Below are positions 49,518 through 60,659 of a stretch of DNA of 64,000 nucleotides, one piece after another. Under the pieces are notes generated by a model, which saw nothing but the letters and a program-made list of their open reading frames with translations, was not told the origin of the DNA and searched no databases. Numbering within the stretch: position 1 is the stretch's first letter; the number at the start of each line of letters is the position of its first letter. The translations under genes were made by a program, and so were the position numbers. Origin of the DNA: an uncultured cyanobacterium (GTDB lineage: Bacteria; Cyanobacteriota; Cyanobacteriia; Pseudanabaenales; Pseudanabaenaceae); NCBI GenBank assembly GCA_963703315.1, contig OY969811.1, forward strand, positions 864,001 to 928,000, given 5' to 3'.

Positions 49518-50279
49518 ATGCGTCTTAAACCTTATCTAATGTCAGTCTTAGTTGCACTCTTACTAATCATCACTAGTTGTGCTTCCTTAGGACAATCTGC
49601 TAATGCTCAACTGTCTGATTCTCAATTTGAAGCCAAAGTTTTAGAGATTATTCGCAAAAATCCACAGGTGATTTTAGACTCAGTGCAGTCTTACCAAAGA
49701 TCGCAGGCTCAACAGGAAGAACAAGCCCGCGATAAGATACTGTCACAAATTCGCCAAGAGCCACGTTTGCTACTTCGCAATTCGCCAGTTACAGGTTCAG
49801 CAAGCCAAAAAATTATTATGGCGGAGTTCTCAGATTTTGAATGTCCTTATTGCGCTAAAGCTCAGGCAGTAGTCAAGGAATTCATGACAAAAAATCAGAA
49901 GGATGTCACCTTGGTATATAAGCATTTCCCACTTACGGAAATTCATGCACAGGCAGAACCTGCGGCGCTTGCTTCATGGGCGGCTTGGCAACAAGGTAAG
50001 TTTTGGGAATATCATGATGCGTTGTTTGAGCAGCAGAGTAAACTTGGCGAAGAATTTTATTTGGAATTAGCGAAGAGTTTGAAACTTGATGTGGATAAAT
50101 TTAATCGCGATCGCCAAAGTAAAGAAGCTAAAGAAACCATCAAAAAAGATTTTGAACTTGGTAAGTCTTTAGGAGTACGTGGTACACCTTCCTTTGTTGT
50201 GAATGGTGTATTTCTCTCTGGAGTGCCAGATGTCAAGAATTTAGAAGATTTAGTTGCTCAAATTAAAGCAGGTAGATAA
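49518..50279 (+). CDS. DsbA family oxidoreductase
   Basis: EFSDFECPYC, KHFPL, GVRGTPSF; N-terminal signal. Confidence 0.92.
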   Translation: MRLKPYLMSVLVALLLIITSCASLGQSANAQLSDSQFEAKVLEIIRKNPQVILDSVQSYQRSQAQQEEQARDKILSQIRQEPRLLLRNSPVTGSASQKIIMAEFSDFECPYCAKAQAVVKEFMTKNQKDVTLVYKHFPLTEIHAQAEPAALASWAAWQQGKFWEYHDALFEQQSKLGEEFYLELAKSLKLDVDKFNRDRQSKEAKETIKKDFELGKSLGVRGTPSFVVNGVFLSGVPDVKNLEDLVAQIKAGR

Positions 50280-50330
50280 TTTGGCGTTGCATATAGCGTT
50301 AATAAAAAAGCCGCCTACAGGCGGCTTTTT

Positions 50331-50423
50331 TATAGCGTTTCACAGTCTAGTGAAGTACGGGATTGTTTCCCCGCCGAAGGCGGGGAAACAATCCTCTGTA
50401 TCTAGCTTGTTTGAAAAGCGCTA
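50331..50423. mobile_element. MITE (TATAGCG ends) with CCCCGCCGAAGGCGGGG hairpin
   Basis: Related copies at 43556-43634 and 60660-60735. Confidence 0.72.
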
Positions 50424-50425
50424 GA

Positions 50426-51727
50426 TTAACCTTCTTTTAGTTGACTAGAAGGTGAATCTAGGTCAAAGAGAACTTGCAACATTTGCATAGCCTTACGGCG
50501 CGTCTCAATATCCTGTTGAGCGCGAAGCTGCACCATTGGATCATGCAAAATTTTATTGATGATGCCGCGAGTCATACTCTCGATCACATCTTGATGTTTG
50601 TCCGCAAAGTCATTACCGAGACGCGATAGAGCTTTCTCCATTTCCTGCTCGCGGATGATTTCCATCTTTTGACGCAGCTTGCTGATTGTGGGAACTGTCT
50701 CTAGCGATCGCCACCAGCTATCAAACTCCGCCACACAACCTTCCAGCAAAATTTCAGCTTGCATCGCCATTTGACGACGGCTTTCTTGGTTCTCAGCTAC
50801 CACTGCTTGCAAATCGTCAACGTTATAAGCTTTGGTATTTGGCAACTCGTTTACGTCAGAACTGATGTTGCGTGGTACGGAAATATCTACCAGAGTCAAG
50901 CCAGTGTGATTAGTAGCAATTTCTTCCAGATTTTTACGACTGATGATCACCTCGGTCGAAGCCGTACTGGTAAAAACTAAGTCAGAAATTGATACACAAT
51001 CAAACATCTGCTCAAGGGGATGAATATCGAACTGAGCGCCACTTGTTTCAAATTCTTTGAGCATAGCTTCAGCCCGCGATCGCGATCGATTGACGATCGC
51101 AATTTTTTGCGCCCCTTTGGAAATTAAATGCTTTACTAACAAGCGTGACATTTTGCCAGCGCCGATGATTGTCGTATGCTTATCCGATAAATTTTGCAGC
51201 TTAATTTGAGCTAGCTCCACTGCCGCCGAACTGATCGATACAGCACCTGTACCAATTTCGGTTTCAGTGCGAACTCGTTTACCTGCGGACAAAGCTTGTT
51301 TAAAAAGTTGGTTGAGAATTCGACCTGCGCCATTATGCTGCTGGGCGAGGCGATGCGTATTTTTGACTTGGGCAAGAATTTGACCTTCACCAAGCACGAG
51401 ACTGTCTAAGCCTGAGGCAACTCGCATCAAGTGAGTCACGGCATCTTGGCGAAGCAAAATAAACAGATAGCGACGGAGGTACTGTAGAGGTAGTTGGCTA
51501 AATTCCGAAAGAAACTGCATAATTTCACGAATGCCACTTTCAGCTTCGCTAGTGACTACATACAACTCTAAGCGGTTACAGGTGCTTAAAATGGCAGCTT
51601 CTTCGATACTCGGATAGCTCATCAGTTGAGCGATCGCAGCTTCCATACGATCTTCAGGAATACTCAGCTTTTCCCGTACTTCCACAGTCGCCGTTTTATG
51701 ACTCAAGCCAACAACTGCAATATTCAT
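50426..51727 (-). CDS. hemA: Glutamyl-tRNA reductase
   Basis: [34 protein letters not shown]. Confidence 0.97.
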   Translation of the reverse strand: MNIAVVGLSHKTATVEVREKLSIPEDRMEAAIAQLMSYPSIEEAAILSTCNRLELYVVTSEAESGIREIMQFLSEFSQLPLQYLRRYLFILLRQDAVTHLMRVASGLDSLVLGEGQILAQVKNTHRLAQQHNGAGRILNQLFKQALSAGKRVRTETEIGTGAVSISSAAVELAQIKLQNLSDKHTTIIGAGKMSRLLVKHLISKGAQKIAIVNRSRSRAEAMLKEFETSGAQFDIHPLEQMFDCVSISDLVFTSTASTEVIISRKNLEEIATNHTGLTLVDISVPRNISSDVNELPNTKAYNVDDLQAVVAENQESRRQMAMQAEILLEGCVAEFDSWWRSLETVPTISKLRQKMEIIREQEMEKALSRLGNDFADKHQDVIESMTRGIINKILHDPMVQLRAQQDIETRRKAMQMLQVLFDLDSPSSQLKEG

Positions 51728-51862
51728 ATCGTAAATGCGTTTCTTATTTAGGAATTGGACTAGAAATTATTATCTTATTGGATGAGCTTATCAGGAGATA
51801 GCTACCACTGTAGTAGGTACTTATTACTCCTTAACTTTCTGTAATATAGCTGTTGCTATTCT

Positions 51863-51927
51863 TTAAAAACCCCAAAAAGGTAAAGGAAAGTGCTTCGCAC
51901 TTTCCTTTACCTTTTTGGGGTTTTTAA
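51863..51927. terminator. Perfect palindrome with ~31-bp arms downstream of glpX
   Basis: TTAAAAACCCCAAAAAGGTAAAGGAAAGTGC-TTC-GCACTTTCCTTTACCTTTTTGGGGTTTTTAA. Confidence 0.75.
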
Positions 51928-51962
51928 TTACCAGCGCCATAGGCACTGGTAATTTTAAGTTA

Positions 51963-53006
51963 TTAACGCAAATTAATAGTCTTAGGGCTATCGCCAGTCA
52001 AGTGAATGGTGTCAACAAAACGAGCAGTCTTGGATTGAGTGGAGATGACCAAAGACTGAGTACGGCAACCGCCACCAAAGAAGCGCACGCCTTCCATCAA
52101 GGTGCCTGGAGTAATACCACAACCAGCAAACAATACGTCTTTACCGCAAGCCAATTCGTGAGCATCATAGACTTTATCGCCATCTTCAATACCCATTTCC
52201 TTAAGACGAGCCAAGTTGCCTTCACGAGTCCACTTCGCACTTTCAGGAGTATTAACTTCGGCTGGGTCATACACTAGACGACCTTGGAAATGTCCACCCA
52301 AGCAACGCATTGCCGCCGCAGAAATTACGCCTTCAGGTGCAGCACCGATACCCATCAAAGCATGAATGTTTGTACCAGCAAAACCACAACAAATTGCGGC
52401 AGATACGTCACCATCACTGATCAAACGGACACGAGCGCCCGCAGCACGAATTTCGGAGATCAAACCTTTGTGACGAGGACGATCCATAACTACTACGACC
52501 AATTCTTCGATCGAGCGATTTAGACATTCTGAAAGAATTTTCAGGTTTTCGGTAGGTGTTTTACGAATATCGACATGACCCTTTGCGGCAGGAGGTGCAG
52601 CTAGTTTGTCCATATAAAAGTCTGGAGCGCGGAATAAGCCATTGCGCTCAGAGATTGCCAATACAGCCATTGAGCCATTTTGACCATAAGCAACGAGGTT
52701 TGTGCCTTCGCAAGGATCAACCGCGATGTCGATTTCTTGTAATTCTTCAATGGTGCAGAATTCAGCAGCATTTGGCTGTGTGCATACACCTACTTCTTCA
52801 CCGATATAAAGCATGGGCGCTTCGTCACGTTCGCCTTCACCAATAACGATGCGTCCACGCATATGAATTTTGTTCATCCGTTCGCGCATTGCTTCAACAG
52901 CAGCTTCATCAGCTTCGTCTTTTTTGCCCAAGCCCATCCACTTAGAAGATGCGATCGCTGCCTGTTCTACGACCTCAATAATCTCAAGGCTGATTGTATT
53001 ATCCAT
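51963..53006 (-). CDS. glpX: Class II fructose-1,6-/sedoheptulose-1,7-bisphosphatase
   Basis: [32 protein letters not shown]. Confidence 0.97.
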   Translation of the reverse strand: MDNTISLEIIEVVEQAAIASSKWMGLGKKDEADEAAVEAMRERMNKIHMRGRIVIGEGERDEAPMLYIGEEVGVCTQPNAAEFCTIEELQEIDIAVDPCEGTNLVAYGQNGSMAVLAISERNGLFRAPDFYMDKLAAPPAAKGHVDIRKTPTENLKILSECLNRSIEELVVVVMDRPRHKGLISEIRAAGARVRLISDGDVSAAICCGFAGTNIHALMGIGAAPEGVISAAAMRCLGGHFQGRLVYDPAEVNTPESAKWTREGNLARLKEMGIEDGDKVYDAHELACGKDVLFAGCGITPGTLMEGVRFFGGGCRTQSLVISTQSKTARFVDTIHLTGDSPKTINLR

Positions 53007-53241
53007 GCTTAGGAATCCCTATATTTATCTAAATTTTACAACTATTAAGCTTTTGTTATGTTCTAGAAATTTTTTAGAAACAGAAAACAAAGTTAAGTTT
53101 AGTTGTGCCTTACTACACAACCTCGTAATTTAGTTTACAGGTCAGACAGCCCAGAAGCTTATAAGAAGAACAAATGAGTAATATTAAGTTTTGATAATTT
53201 GTAGAAAAATTTAGAGAATAATTTTTCGCTATGGCTGTGAG

Positions 53242-53342
53242 TAAGTAGGCTTAAATTAAATATAAAATCCTAAAACCTGTGGCGCACGCGCAGCGTGCGC
53301 CACAGGTTTTAAATCTGGTTTTTAATTGTGTCGAGGTACTTA
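53242..53342. mobile_element. MITE of the ACCTGTGGCGCACGC hairpin family
   Basis: TAAGTAGG..AATTAAATATAAAA..hairpin..TTTTTAATT..TACTTA. Confidence 0.78.
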
Positions 53343-53379
53343 GTCGTTTTTAATTTTAAGCAGTGACAAGGAATTTATT

Positions 53380-54768
53380 TTGAGCATACTAATTCGACAA
53401 AGCCAGATTATTTTGCCCGATCGCGAGACTTTGGTAGGAGATGTCTATGTCAAGCATGGCAAAATCGAGGCGATCGCCCCTTCCCTAAATCCTGCCGATC
53501 TCAGCCCTGATGAACAACCTTTAGAAATTATCGAAGCATCTGGCTTGACCTTACTAGCAGGCGTAATCGATCCGCAGGTGCATTTTCGTGAACCGGGACT
53601 AGAGCATAAGGAGGATTTACGGACTGCCAGCCATGCCTGTGCTAAAGGTGGTGTGACTAGCTTTTTAGAAATGCCAAATACTCGTCCACTGACAATTACG
53701 CAAGCGGCATTAGAGGACAAGCTCAGTCGGGCGGCTAGCAAATGTGTGGTGAATTACGGCTTTTTTATTGGGGCAACGGCAGAAGTTTTACCTGATTTGC
53801 TCACGGCTAATCCCACCTGTGGCATCAAGATATTTATGGGATCGATGCATGGGGCTTTGCTAGTCGATCAAGAGGAAGTTTTAGATCGGATTTTTTCGCA
53901 GGGCGATCGCCTGATTGCAGTTCATGCTGAGGATCAAGCAAGGATTGCTCAACGTCGTCAGGAATTTGCGGGTAGTAAAGAGCCTGCGCTGCATTCGATT
54001 ATTCAAGACAATCAAGCGGCGCTCAATGCTACACAATTAGCGGTCAAACTTTCTAAAAAATATCAAAGACGGTTACATATTCTGCACTTGTCCACAGGGG
54101 AAGAGGCGGAATTTTTGCGCCAAGATAAACCTGCATGGGTGACTGCGGAAGTAACTCCCCAGCATCTATTGCTAAATATTGGTGCTTACGAAAAAATTGG
54201 TTCCCTCGCCCAAATGAACCCACCCTTGCGATTGCCCCGTGATCAAGAAATTCTCTGGCAAGCCCTGCTAGATGGTGTGATTGACTTTATCGCCACTGAC
54301 CATGCGCCCCATACCTTAGCGGAGAAGGGATTAGCCGCTAATGAAGATCTCCCATCGAACCAATCTGAAAAGTCCTCTAAAGATACAGTATTGCTAGAGC
54401 CAGCGAATGTACCATCGGGAATGCCGGGGGTAGAGACATCCTTAGCATTGATGCTGACCCAAGCCGCTAAGGGACGTTGCACAGTCCATCAAGTTAGCCA
54501 ATGGATGAGCTGCAATGTAGCGAAAGCCTACAAAATTGCCAATAAAGGTGAAATTCGGGTCGGTTGGGATGCGGACTTGGTGCTAGTGGATCTACACAAA
54601 TATAAGCCTGTACGGAATGAAGATATGTTGACTAAATGTGGTTGGAGTTCCTTTGCAGGATGGGACCTTACAGGTTGGGCAGTAACAACAATTGTCGGTG
54701 GACAAGTGGTTTTTGCTAATGGCAAAGTTAACCCTGATGTGCGTGGTCAAGCCTTGCAATTCGGTTGA
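53380..54768 (+). CDS. pyrC: Dihydroorotase (amidohydrolase family)
   Basis: IDPQVHFREPG, EMPNT, VHAED, TDHAPH, GMPGVET, TKCGWS. Confidence 0.88.
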   Translation: MSILIRQSQIILPDRETLVGDVYVKHGKIEAIAPSLNPADLSPDEQPLEIIEASGLTLLAGVIDPQVHFREPGLEHKEDLRTASHACAKGGVTSFLEMPNTRPLTITQAALEDKLSRAASKCVVNYGFFIGATAEVLPDLLTANPTCGIKIFMGSMHGALLVDQEEVLDRIFSQGDRLIAVHAEDQARIAQRRQEFAGSKEPALHSIIQDNQAALNATQLAVKLSKKYQRRLHILHLSTGEEAEFLRQDKPAWVTAEVTPQHLLLNIGAYEKIGSLAQMNPPLRLPRDQEILWQALLDGVIDFIATDHAPHTLAEKGLAANEDLPSNQSEKSSKDTVLLEPANVPSGMPGVETSLALMLTQAAKGRCTVHQVSQWMSCNVAKAYKIANKGEIRVGWDADLVLVDLHKYKPVRNEDMLTKCGWSSFAGWDLTGWAVTTIVGGQVVFANGKVNPDVRGQALQFG

Positions 54769-54891
54769 TAATGTAACGCGCAAAGCGCGTCACATTATTT
54801 GGGAGCTATATTTAGAAATTAGTTAGAAATTAGAAAGTAGCGTTAGACAACATTCTGGTGAGCTTGCTTTGCAGAATGATTTACAAGATTT

Positions 54892-55629
54892 ATGAGAATT
54901 ATCCGAAAAACATCGATTTTATTAATAGCGATCGCTACAGGTTTGTTAACAGCCTGTAGCAACGCCAATACGGGTAATAGTAATTTCTCCATGCCAGCGA
55001 TCGATACCACCAAAGTCTCGCCTACCGCTACCCCAACTACTACCCCGACAAGCTCAACGGCTCCTACTAACTCACCAAGTGCTAGTCCCAAACCTGCGAT
55101 CGCCCCTACCAATTTACCTAGCAATTTACCTAGCAATTTACCTGAACTAGAAATCAAAGAACTTGAGCCTTACAAGCATCGCTCTGGCATTCTGGAAATG
55201 ACAGTGCCGAAGGGTTGGAAAGTAGCTGATCAAAGTCAGACAGGTGAAATATTGGTAACTTGGAACGAAAAATCGGGACGTGCCACAATTTCCACAAATA
55301 TTTTTGTACCACCGAGTGAAATTCCTGAAAATCGGCTGGGTGATACTTTTACCACAATTATTAAGGGTATGTATGGTAATCAGCCTGATTTTGCCATGCA
55401 AGCGCCTGTGGTCGAGACTACAGGAACTATCGTGATCGTCTGGACATCGACATTAACCATCGGTAATACCAAACTCAAATTTTTAGCTAATAGTAAACTC
55501 CAACGGAGCAATAACAAGTTTGTAATTTTAACTTTTGGTGCGATCGAGCCAAAATTTGTAGAGTTAAGGGATTACTTCGTTAAAATAGCCAACAACCAGA
55601 TTGTCAATGCCAGTCTTGCTATCCCTTAA
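54892..55629 (+). CDS. Lipoprotein with Pro/Thr linker and PsbP/Mog1-like domain
   Basis: Lipobox LTAC; YKHRSG..VPKGW motif; paralog of the next gene. Confidence 0.7.
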   Translation: MRIIRKTSILLIAIATGLLTACSNANTGNSNFSMPAIDTTKVSPTATPTTTPTSSTAPTNSPSASPKPAIAPTNLPSNLPSNLPELEIKELEPYKHRSGILEMTVPKGWKVADQSQTGEILVTWNEKSGRATISTNIFVPPSEIPENRLGDTFTTIIKGMYGNQPDFAMQAPVVETTGTIVIVWTSTLTIGNTKLKFLANSKLQRSNNKFVILTFGAIEPKFVELRDYFVKIANNQIVNASLAIP

Positions 55630-55651
55630 AACTAACTTTTAATAATTAACA

Positions 55652-56326
55652 ATGCGAAAACCTAATTCGATAACTGCTACCTTTGGCGCGATCGCCATTT
55701 TAGCTAGCTTACTCGGCAGTTGCGCCCCCGAACAAGCCAGTAATCCGACCGCTAGCCCTAGTGCGGCAACAAAAACTCCTGATGCCAAGAGTGTCGCCAC
55801 AAAAACAGATGCGGCAACCAAATCTGATGCTCGGATCATTAAAGTCAAAATCGATGGTTTAGAAACCTACAAACATCCTTCTGGACTATTCCAAATTGAT
55901 GCTCCTAAAGGTTGGACTCCTAAAGAAAATAAAAAGCCAAATGAGATAATTGTTCTGTGGTTTGACCCCACTAAAAATGCCTTACTCACGGTTGATGTTT
56001 TTAAAGCACCATCGGAAACTACTCCTGAGCAATTGACCGCTTTATTGGAGAAATTTCTCAAGCAGACCTTTGGTAGTAGACCAGGATTTGCCACCGAAAA
56101 ACCCTTGCCCCAAAAAGATGGTAGTGTCCAAGTTGTCTGGAGCTATGATGAATCGGTCAAAACCATTACTGCCAAGATCCAAGGTAATAGCTTTATCAGT
56201 CGCAATGGTGACAAAATCTCGTTGATTACTACTGGTGGTGTGGCTGATCAAATGCCAGCACTGAAAGAGTCTTTTGATAAGGTAGTAAATAGTTATACAG
56301 TCAATCCTGATGTAGTTATCCCCTAA
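55652..56326 (+). CDS. Lipoprotein with PsbP/Mog1-like domain
   Basis: Lipobox LGSC; YKHPSG..APKGW motif. Confidence 0.7.
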   Translation: MRKPNSITATFGAIAILASLLGSCAPEQASNPTASPSAATKTPDAKSVATKTDAATKSDARIIKVKIDGLETYKHPSGLFQIDAPKGWTPKENKKPNEIIVLWFDPTKNALLTVDVFKAPSETTPEQLTALLEKFLKQTFGSRPGFATEKPLPQKDGSVQVVWSYDESVKTITAKIQGNSFISRNGDKISLITTGGVADQMPALKESFDKVVNSYTVNPDVVIP

Positions 56327-56490
56327 ACAATAGAGGCGGAGCAAAGCGCCGCCTCTATACTTTTATGGAAAAGCGCTCCTGTGGAGCGCTTTTCCATAAA
56401 CCCAAAAACCAGAGCTTGTGCCGCCCGCGTAGCGGGCGGCACAAGCTTCTAGGTTTTAAGTTTACTTATCATTTTAGATGTAAAGAAGAT

Positions 56491-57330
56491 ATGCAACTGG
56501 CGATCGCCATTATTGACGCATTTACAAATCAACCTTTTCGCGGTAACCCTGCGGCAACTGTCCTTGTGGAGCGATTTCCTGAAGATAGCCTCATGCAACA
56601 GATTGCGGCAGAAATGAATCTTTCTGAAACCGCCTTTGTCCAACCTTTATCCAACAACTATTTCCAGCTACGCTGGTTTACCCCCAAGCAAGAAGTACCT
56701 CTCTGTGGTCATGCCACCCTCGCGATCGCCCATTACTTACGTGAATTATCAGCGATTAACCCTGAGATACCACTTATTTTCTCCACACTTAGCGGCGACT
56801 TAACGATTAGCTTTGAAGATCATTTGATCGTGATGGATTTTCCCGCCGCTTTTTATCAGCCATGCTCAGCGCGATCGCAAAAAATCCTAGCGAATATGCT
56901 GCACGATATTCCCTATACAACCTTGGGACAAAGCGAAGATTACATTACCGTTGTCCTAGAGTCAGAAACTGCTGTCCAAAATTTTCAACCCCAACATAAT
57001 TTGATTGCTCAGTTAGATGGGTTTGGATTCATTATTACGGCGATCTCCGATCCTCAGCATCCCTACGACTTTGTATCAAGATTTTTTGCACCTACAGCAG
57101 GCATTCCTGAAGATCCTGTGACAGGCTCAGCCCATTGCAGTCTCACTCCTTACTGGGCAAAGCGGCTCGGCAAAAGTGACCTTCGAGCCAAACAATTATC
57201 AGCACGTACAGGGAAGCTCCAAGTTAGCGATCGCGGTACAAGGGTTTTAATCAAAGGAGAAGCAGTCACTTTTCTACGAGGTCAAATTTACAGCGCTGTG
57301 CGCTCAAACCCTTACCAAGAGTTTTTGTAA
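56491..57330 (+). CDS. PhzF family isomerase
   Basis: DAFT..PFRGNPA, NLSETAF, LCGHATL, EDPVTGSAH; start at MQLAI. Confidence 0.93.
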   Translation: MQLAIAIIDAFTNQPFRGNPAATVLVERFPEDSLMQQIAAEMNLSETAFVQPLSNNYFQLRWFTPKQEVPLCGHATLAIAHYLRELSAINPEIPLIFSTLSGDLTISFEDHLIVMDFPAAFYQPCSARSQKILANMLHDIPYTTLGQSEDYITVVLESETAVQNFQPQHNLIAQLDGFGFIITAISDPQHPYDFVSRFFAPTAGIPEDPVTGSAHCSLTPYWAKRLGKSDLRAKQLSARTGKLQVSDRGTRVLIKGEAVTFLRGQIYSAVRSNPYQEFL

Positions 57331-57548
57331 CCCACATTCCGCTCGTAATGGAGGCCTAAAAATATTTACAACGAGACAATGAGGGTTTCAGCGATTTTCT
57401 GGAAAATTAATGATAATGACTCCTATTAGTACGTCATTATTGACAATATTAAGATAGTGTTATTTTTCTGACGAAAGCCCAAAATACTTACTGTATAAGG
57501 ATTTGTTTTCTAAATATTTTTTTCAGTAAAATAAGAGCGGAATGTGGG
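57331..57548 (-). mobile_element. 218-bp MITE, probably IS1634-derived, copy 2
   Basis: Reverse complement of 20937-21154 with no difference seen; TSD TTGTAA at 57325-57330 and 57549-57554. Confidence 0.92.
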
Positions 57549-57606
57549 TTGTAAAGGCGTTGCGAAGCAACGCCTTTACAAAAACTCTTGGTTGGCTCGA
57601 AAATTT

Positions 57607-57846
57607 TTAGGCGACGGCGATATTGGCACAAAAGTACCACCAGAGAGAAACGCGATCGCCTTCATCAACAATGATCGAAATCGTGCCTGAATCCAAGTCA
57701 CGACGGCAGGCATCGATCGCTTGTTCGGGAGTTTCATGAGTATCTACAGGTAAAAAAGTCTTACCTAAATAACTAATTCCTTGTTCATTGCCCCAAGGAG
57801 TTTGAAAGTTAGTTGGTTGAATATCAGATGAAGATAGAATAATCAT
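57607..57846 (-). CDS. Small conserved cyanobacterial hypothetical protein
   Basis: ISYLGKTF...AIDACRRDLDSG..SIIV....VSLW pattern. Confidence 0.7.
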   Translation of the reverse strand: MIILSSSDIQPTNFQTPWGNEQGISYLGKTFLPVDTHETPEQAIDACRRDLDSGTISIIVDEGDRVSLWWYFCANIAVA

Positions 57847-58031
57847 AACTAGCTCACACAGGACGTTCTAAACATATTTATATGTTCGGATAATTCTGTT
57901 GCTCAAGCTGTGATGTCTAACTTGGCTGACCTGTGACAGTTATAAGCATTTATAAGTGATCGTATCAAGAGTTTTAGTGTGACTGAGATCACAAAAAATC
58001 AAGTAGAGATACGCCGCTTCGCGGCGCATCT

Positions 58032-59135
58032 CTACTTAGAAGTTGTTATAAGAGGTAAAAATGCCTTGACCACAGTTTGCTCATAGGGAACGCTATCAAT
58101 CTCTAGCCTTCCACCATGCAGTTCCAGCAACCGTTTGGCGATCGCTAAGCCTAGCCCTGTCCCTTGTTGAATATATAGCTTTTTCTCAAACTTAATATAC
58201 GCCCCAAAACTAGCCAGTTGCTCAGACTCAATCCCCTGACCATGATCTGTGACCATCAAACAAAATTCTTTGTCGTCAGCACTTCCTGTAACAGAAACAT
58301 CAGTCCCCTCATGGGAAAACTTGAACCCATTATCAATAATTTCTTTAGCAATCACATTCAGATAGGAATCGGAAATGCGGATACTCGCATCTTTAATATC
58401 AACGTGCAGATCTGAAACACGGTTATACTGTTCCGCAATTTTTTTAGCAACGCTCGAAATCTCAATATCGACAAAAGTTGTCTTACTATAACGAATTTGG
58501 TTAAGCCATTCCGTATTATTCTCTGTAGACTCTAGCTCAGCATATAGCAAGAATTTTTTCACCATTTCATGCATATCCCGCCCCGCCTTACGAATCCGCT
58601 TACCAATATCGGGTACTTCATGGGCTTGCATAGCATGATAATTTTTGACCAAAATATCTGCTAACCCCATCACCTCGATCGCAGGAAATAATAATTGATG
58701 GGGCAATGACTTAGAGATATTTCCTCGTAAATTAGCTAATTCTTGTTTGTAATAACTATTAATTATTTCTTGCTTCTTAAATTGAGCATTAATTGCCCCC
58801 AGTAATTCATCCCTAGTAAAGGGCTTAGTCAAATAATCGTCTGAACCAAGTTCCATTCCTTGCCGAAAGTCGGTTTTGTCGGACTTAGCACTGAGGAATA
58901 TAAAAGGAATGGTAGTGGTAGCAGGATTATTACGGAGTGCCGAAATCACTCCATAGCCATCAATTTCAGGCATCATGATATCGCAGATAATCAAGCTAGG
59001 AATATGTTGCTGTGCCATCTCCAAACCATCGCGTCCATTAGCGGCGCTAATTACCATGTGTCCCTCTGCTTGTAACATTCGGGTGGTATTTAGTAAGACA
59101 TTGGGATTATCCTCGATGAGGAGAATTTTTTTCAT
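58032..59135 (-). CDS. REC + histidine kinase with atypical H-box
   Basis: N-terminal receiver domain; LPHQLLFP; DNGFKFS; QQGTGLGL. Confidence 0.85.
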   Translation of the reverse strand: MKKILLIEDNPNVLLNTTRMLQAEGHMVISAANGRDGLEMAQQHIPSLIICDIMMPEIDGYGVISALRNNPATTTIPFIFLSAKSDKTDFRQGMELGSDDYLTKPFTRDELLGAINAQFKKQEIINSYYKQELANLRGNISKSLPHQLLFPAIEVMGLADILVKNYHAMQAHEVPDIGKRIRKAGRDMHEMVKKFLLYAELESTENNTEWLNQIRYSKTTFVDIEISSVAKKIAEQYNRVSDLHVDIKDASIRISDSYLNVIAKEIIDNGFKFSHEGTDVSVTGSADDKEFCLMVTDHGQGIESEQLASFGAYIKFEKKLYIQQGTGLGLAIAKRLLELHGGRLEIDSVPYEQTVVKAFLPLITTSK

Positions 59136-59239
59136 TCTAGCTTTCCTGTATCTCTAAGAAACATTATACCGATAGCGATCGCCTGTACGATAAGTCATAA
59201 TACTTAGAAAACAAAAGACTCAAATTACACTTTACCGCT

Positions 59240-60487
59240 TCACACTTTATCGCTATTGGGGTCATAGGTCATCGGCAACATAACTGTAAATTCTGTACCG
59301 ACATCTACTTGGCTTTTGACAGATATTGAACCATTGAGAATATCTACACAGTTTTTGACAATTGACAAACCCAATCCTGTTCCCGGCAAGATACCAACGT
59401 TTTTACCTCGGTGAAATGCACTAAATAAATGTTCTATATCTTCTTCAGGAATACCAATACCATGATCAATCACGACAAAAGTTACATACTCTTGATCAAT
59501 TAAAATTTTAAAATTAATTTGTTTATTGTGGGGTGAGTATTTAATCGCATTCGTAATCAGATTGGTCAGGATTTGACGCAATAACTTCTCATCCATTTTC
59601 ACTACTAGATCGGGAAGCTCTTTATGAAGATGAGGATTTTCAATTGATGTATTAGTTAGAGAAATATGTAAAAAAGATGTGAGGGTATAGTCTTGGGCAA
59701 AAGTTCGCTGCATTTGCCGCAATAGTTGACCACAAAAATGTAAAAGATCAAATTCAGTTAAATTAATTTTGGATTTATTCGCATTAGCTCTACTGAGAAA
59801 TAAGACATCTTCCATTAGCTCAGTCATGTGTTTTACTTCCGACTGAATTTGATGTAACTGTTCAACCTGTTCTTCCTTTGTCCATTCATAATATTCGAGC
59901 AATTCGGAGGCGCTTTGAATGGTGGTTAGCGGTGTGCGAAACTCATGGGATACAACCGAGATGAAATCTGATTTCATTTGACTAAGTTCACGCTCTTGCT
60001 TAAGCGATCGCGATAATACTTCGGCGGATAATTGTAATTGTTCATTTTGTTCTTGGAGCTTTTTTTGTAATGAACACAATCGCAAGTGAGTTTCGATTCT
60101 GGCTAATACTTCAATTAGCTGAAATGGTTTGCTAATGTAATCTACTCCACCTACAGAAAATGCTTCTACTTTTTCCGATGGCTCTTCGATAGAACTAATA
60201 AAAATAATTGGAATATCTTTAGTTACGGGGTTTGCCTTTAATCTAGTACAAACTTCATAGCCATTAATATCAGGCATCCGAATATCCAGTAAAATTATGT
60301 CAGGTAATTGCCGATTAACTAGATTTAATGCTTGAATACCACTCGTGGCTTGCTTGACTTTATATCCCTGTCGGAGCAGCATCAGTGATAATAGTTGGAT
60401 GTTATAAATAGTGTCATCAACTATGAGAATAGAAGCATTATTTGTATGTTTCTCTTCTTCAATCTGATTTAAGTCTTGAGTAGTCAT
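59240..60487 (-). CDS. Hybrid REC + histidine kinase
   Basis: ILIVDD, DIRMP, SHEFRTPL, NAIKYS, GTGLGL. Confidence 0.92.
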   Translation of the reverse strand: MTTQDLNQIEEEKHTNNASILIVDDTIYNIQLLSLMLLRQGYKVKQATSGIQALNLVNRQLPDIILLDIRMPDINGYEVCTRLKANPVTKDIPIIFISSIEEPSEKVEAFSVGGVDYISKPFQLIEVLARIETHLRLCSLQKKLQEQNEQLQLSAEVLSRSLKQERELSQMKSDFISVVSHEFRTPLTTIQSASELLEYYEWTKEEQVEQLHQIQSEVKHMTELMEDVLFLSRANANKSKINLTEFDLLHFCGQLLRQMQRTFAQDYTLTSFLHISLTNTSIENPHLHKELPDLVVKMDEKLLRQILTNLITNAIKYSPHNKQINFKILIDQEYVTFVVIDHGIGIPEEDIEHLFSAFHRGKNVGILPGTGLGLSIVKNCVDILNGSISVKSQVDVGTEFTVMLPMTYDPNSDKV

Positions 60488-60561
60488 CGCAAATAGATGT
60501 AAATAGATTTTTGTAGATTTTTGTAATTAGAAAAGCTTAATTATTTGTGGCTTAATTATTT

Positions 60562-60636
60562 GTAGGATGCGTTAGTGCAACGTAACGCATCCATTGAGTG
60601 AAGATGATGGGTTACGCGATCGCTAACCCATCCTAC
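60562..60636. repeat. GTAG-type REP doublet (REPIN-like)
   Basis: GTAGGATGCGTTAG..CGTAACGCATCC spacer GATGGGTTACG..CTAACCCATCCTAC. Confidence 0.78.
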
Positions 60637-60659
60637 GTTTAATTTCAACAACTTTTACT

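Noticed and set aside
56365..56490. N-terminal extension of PhzF
   Set aside because: Translates two palindromic repeats; family homology starts at 56491
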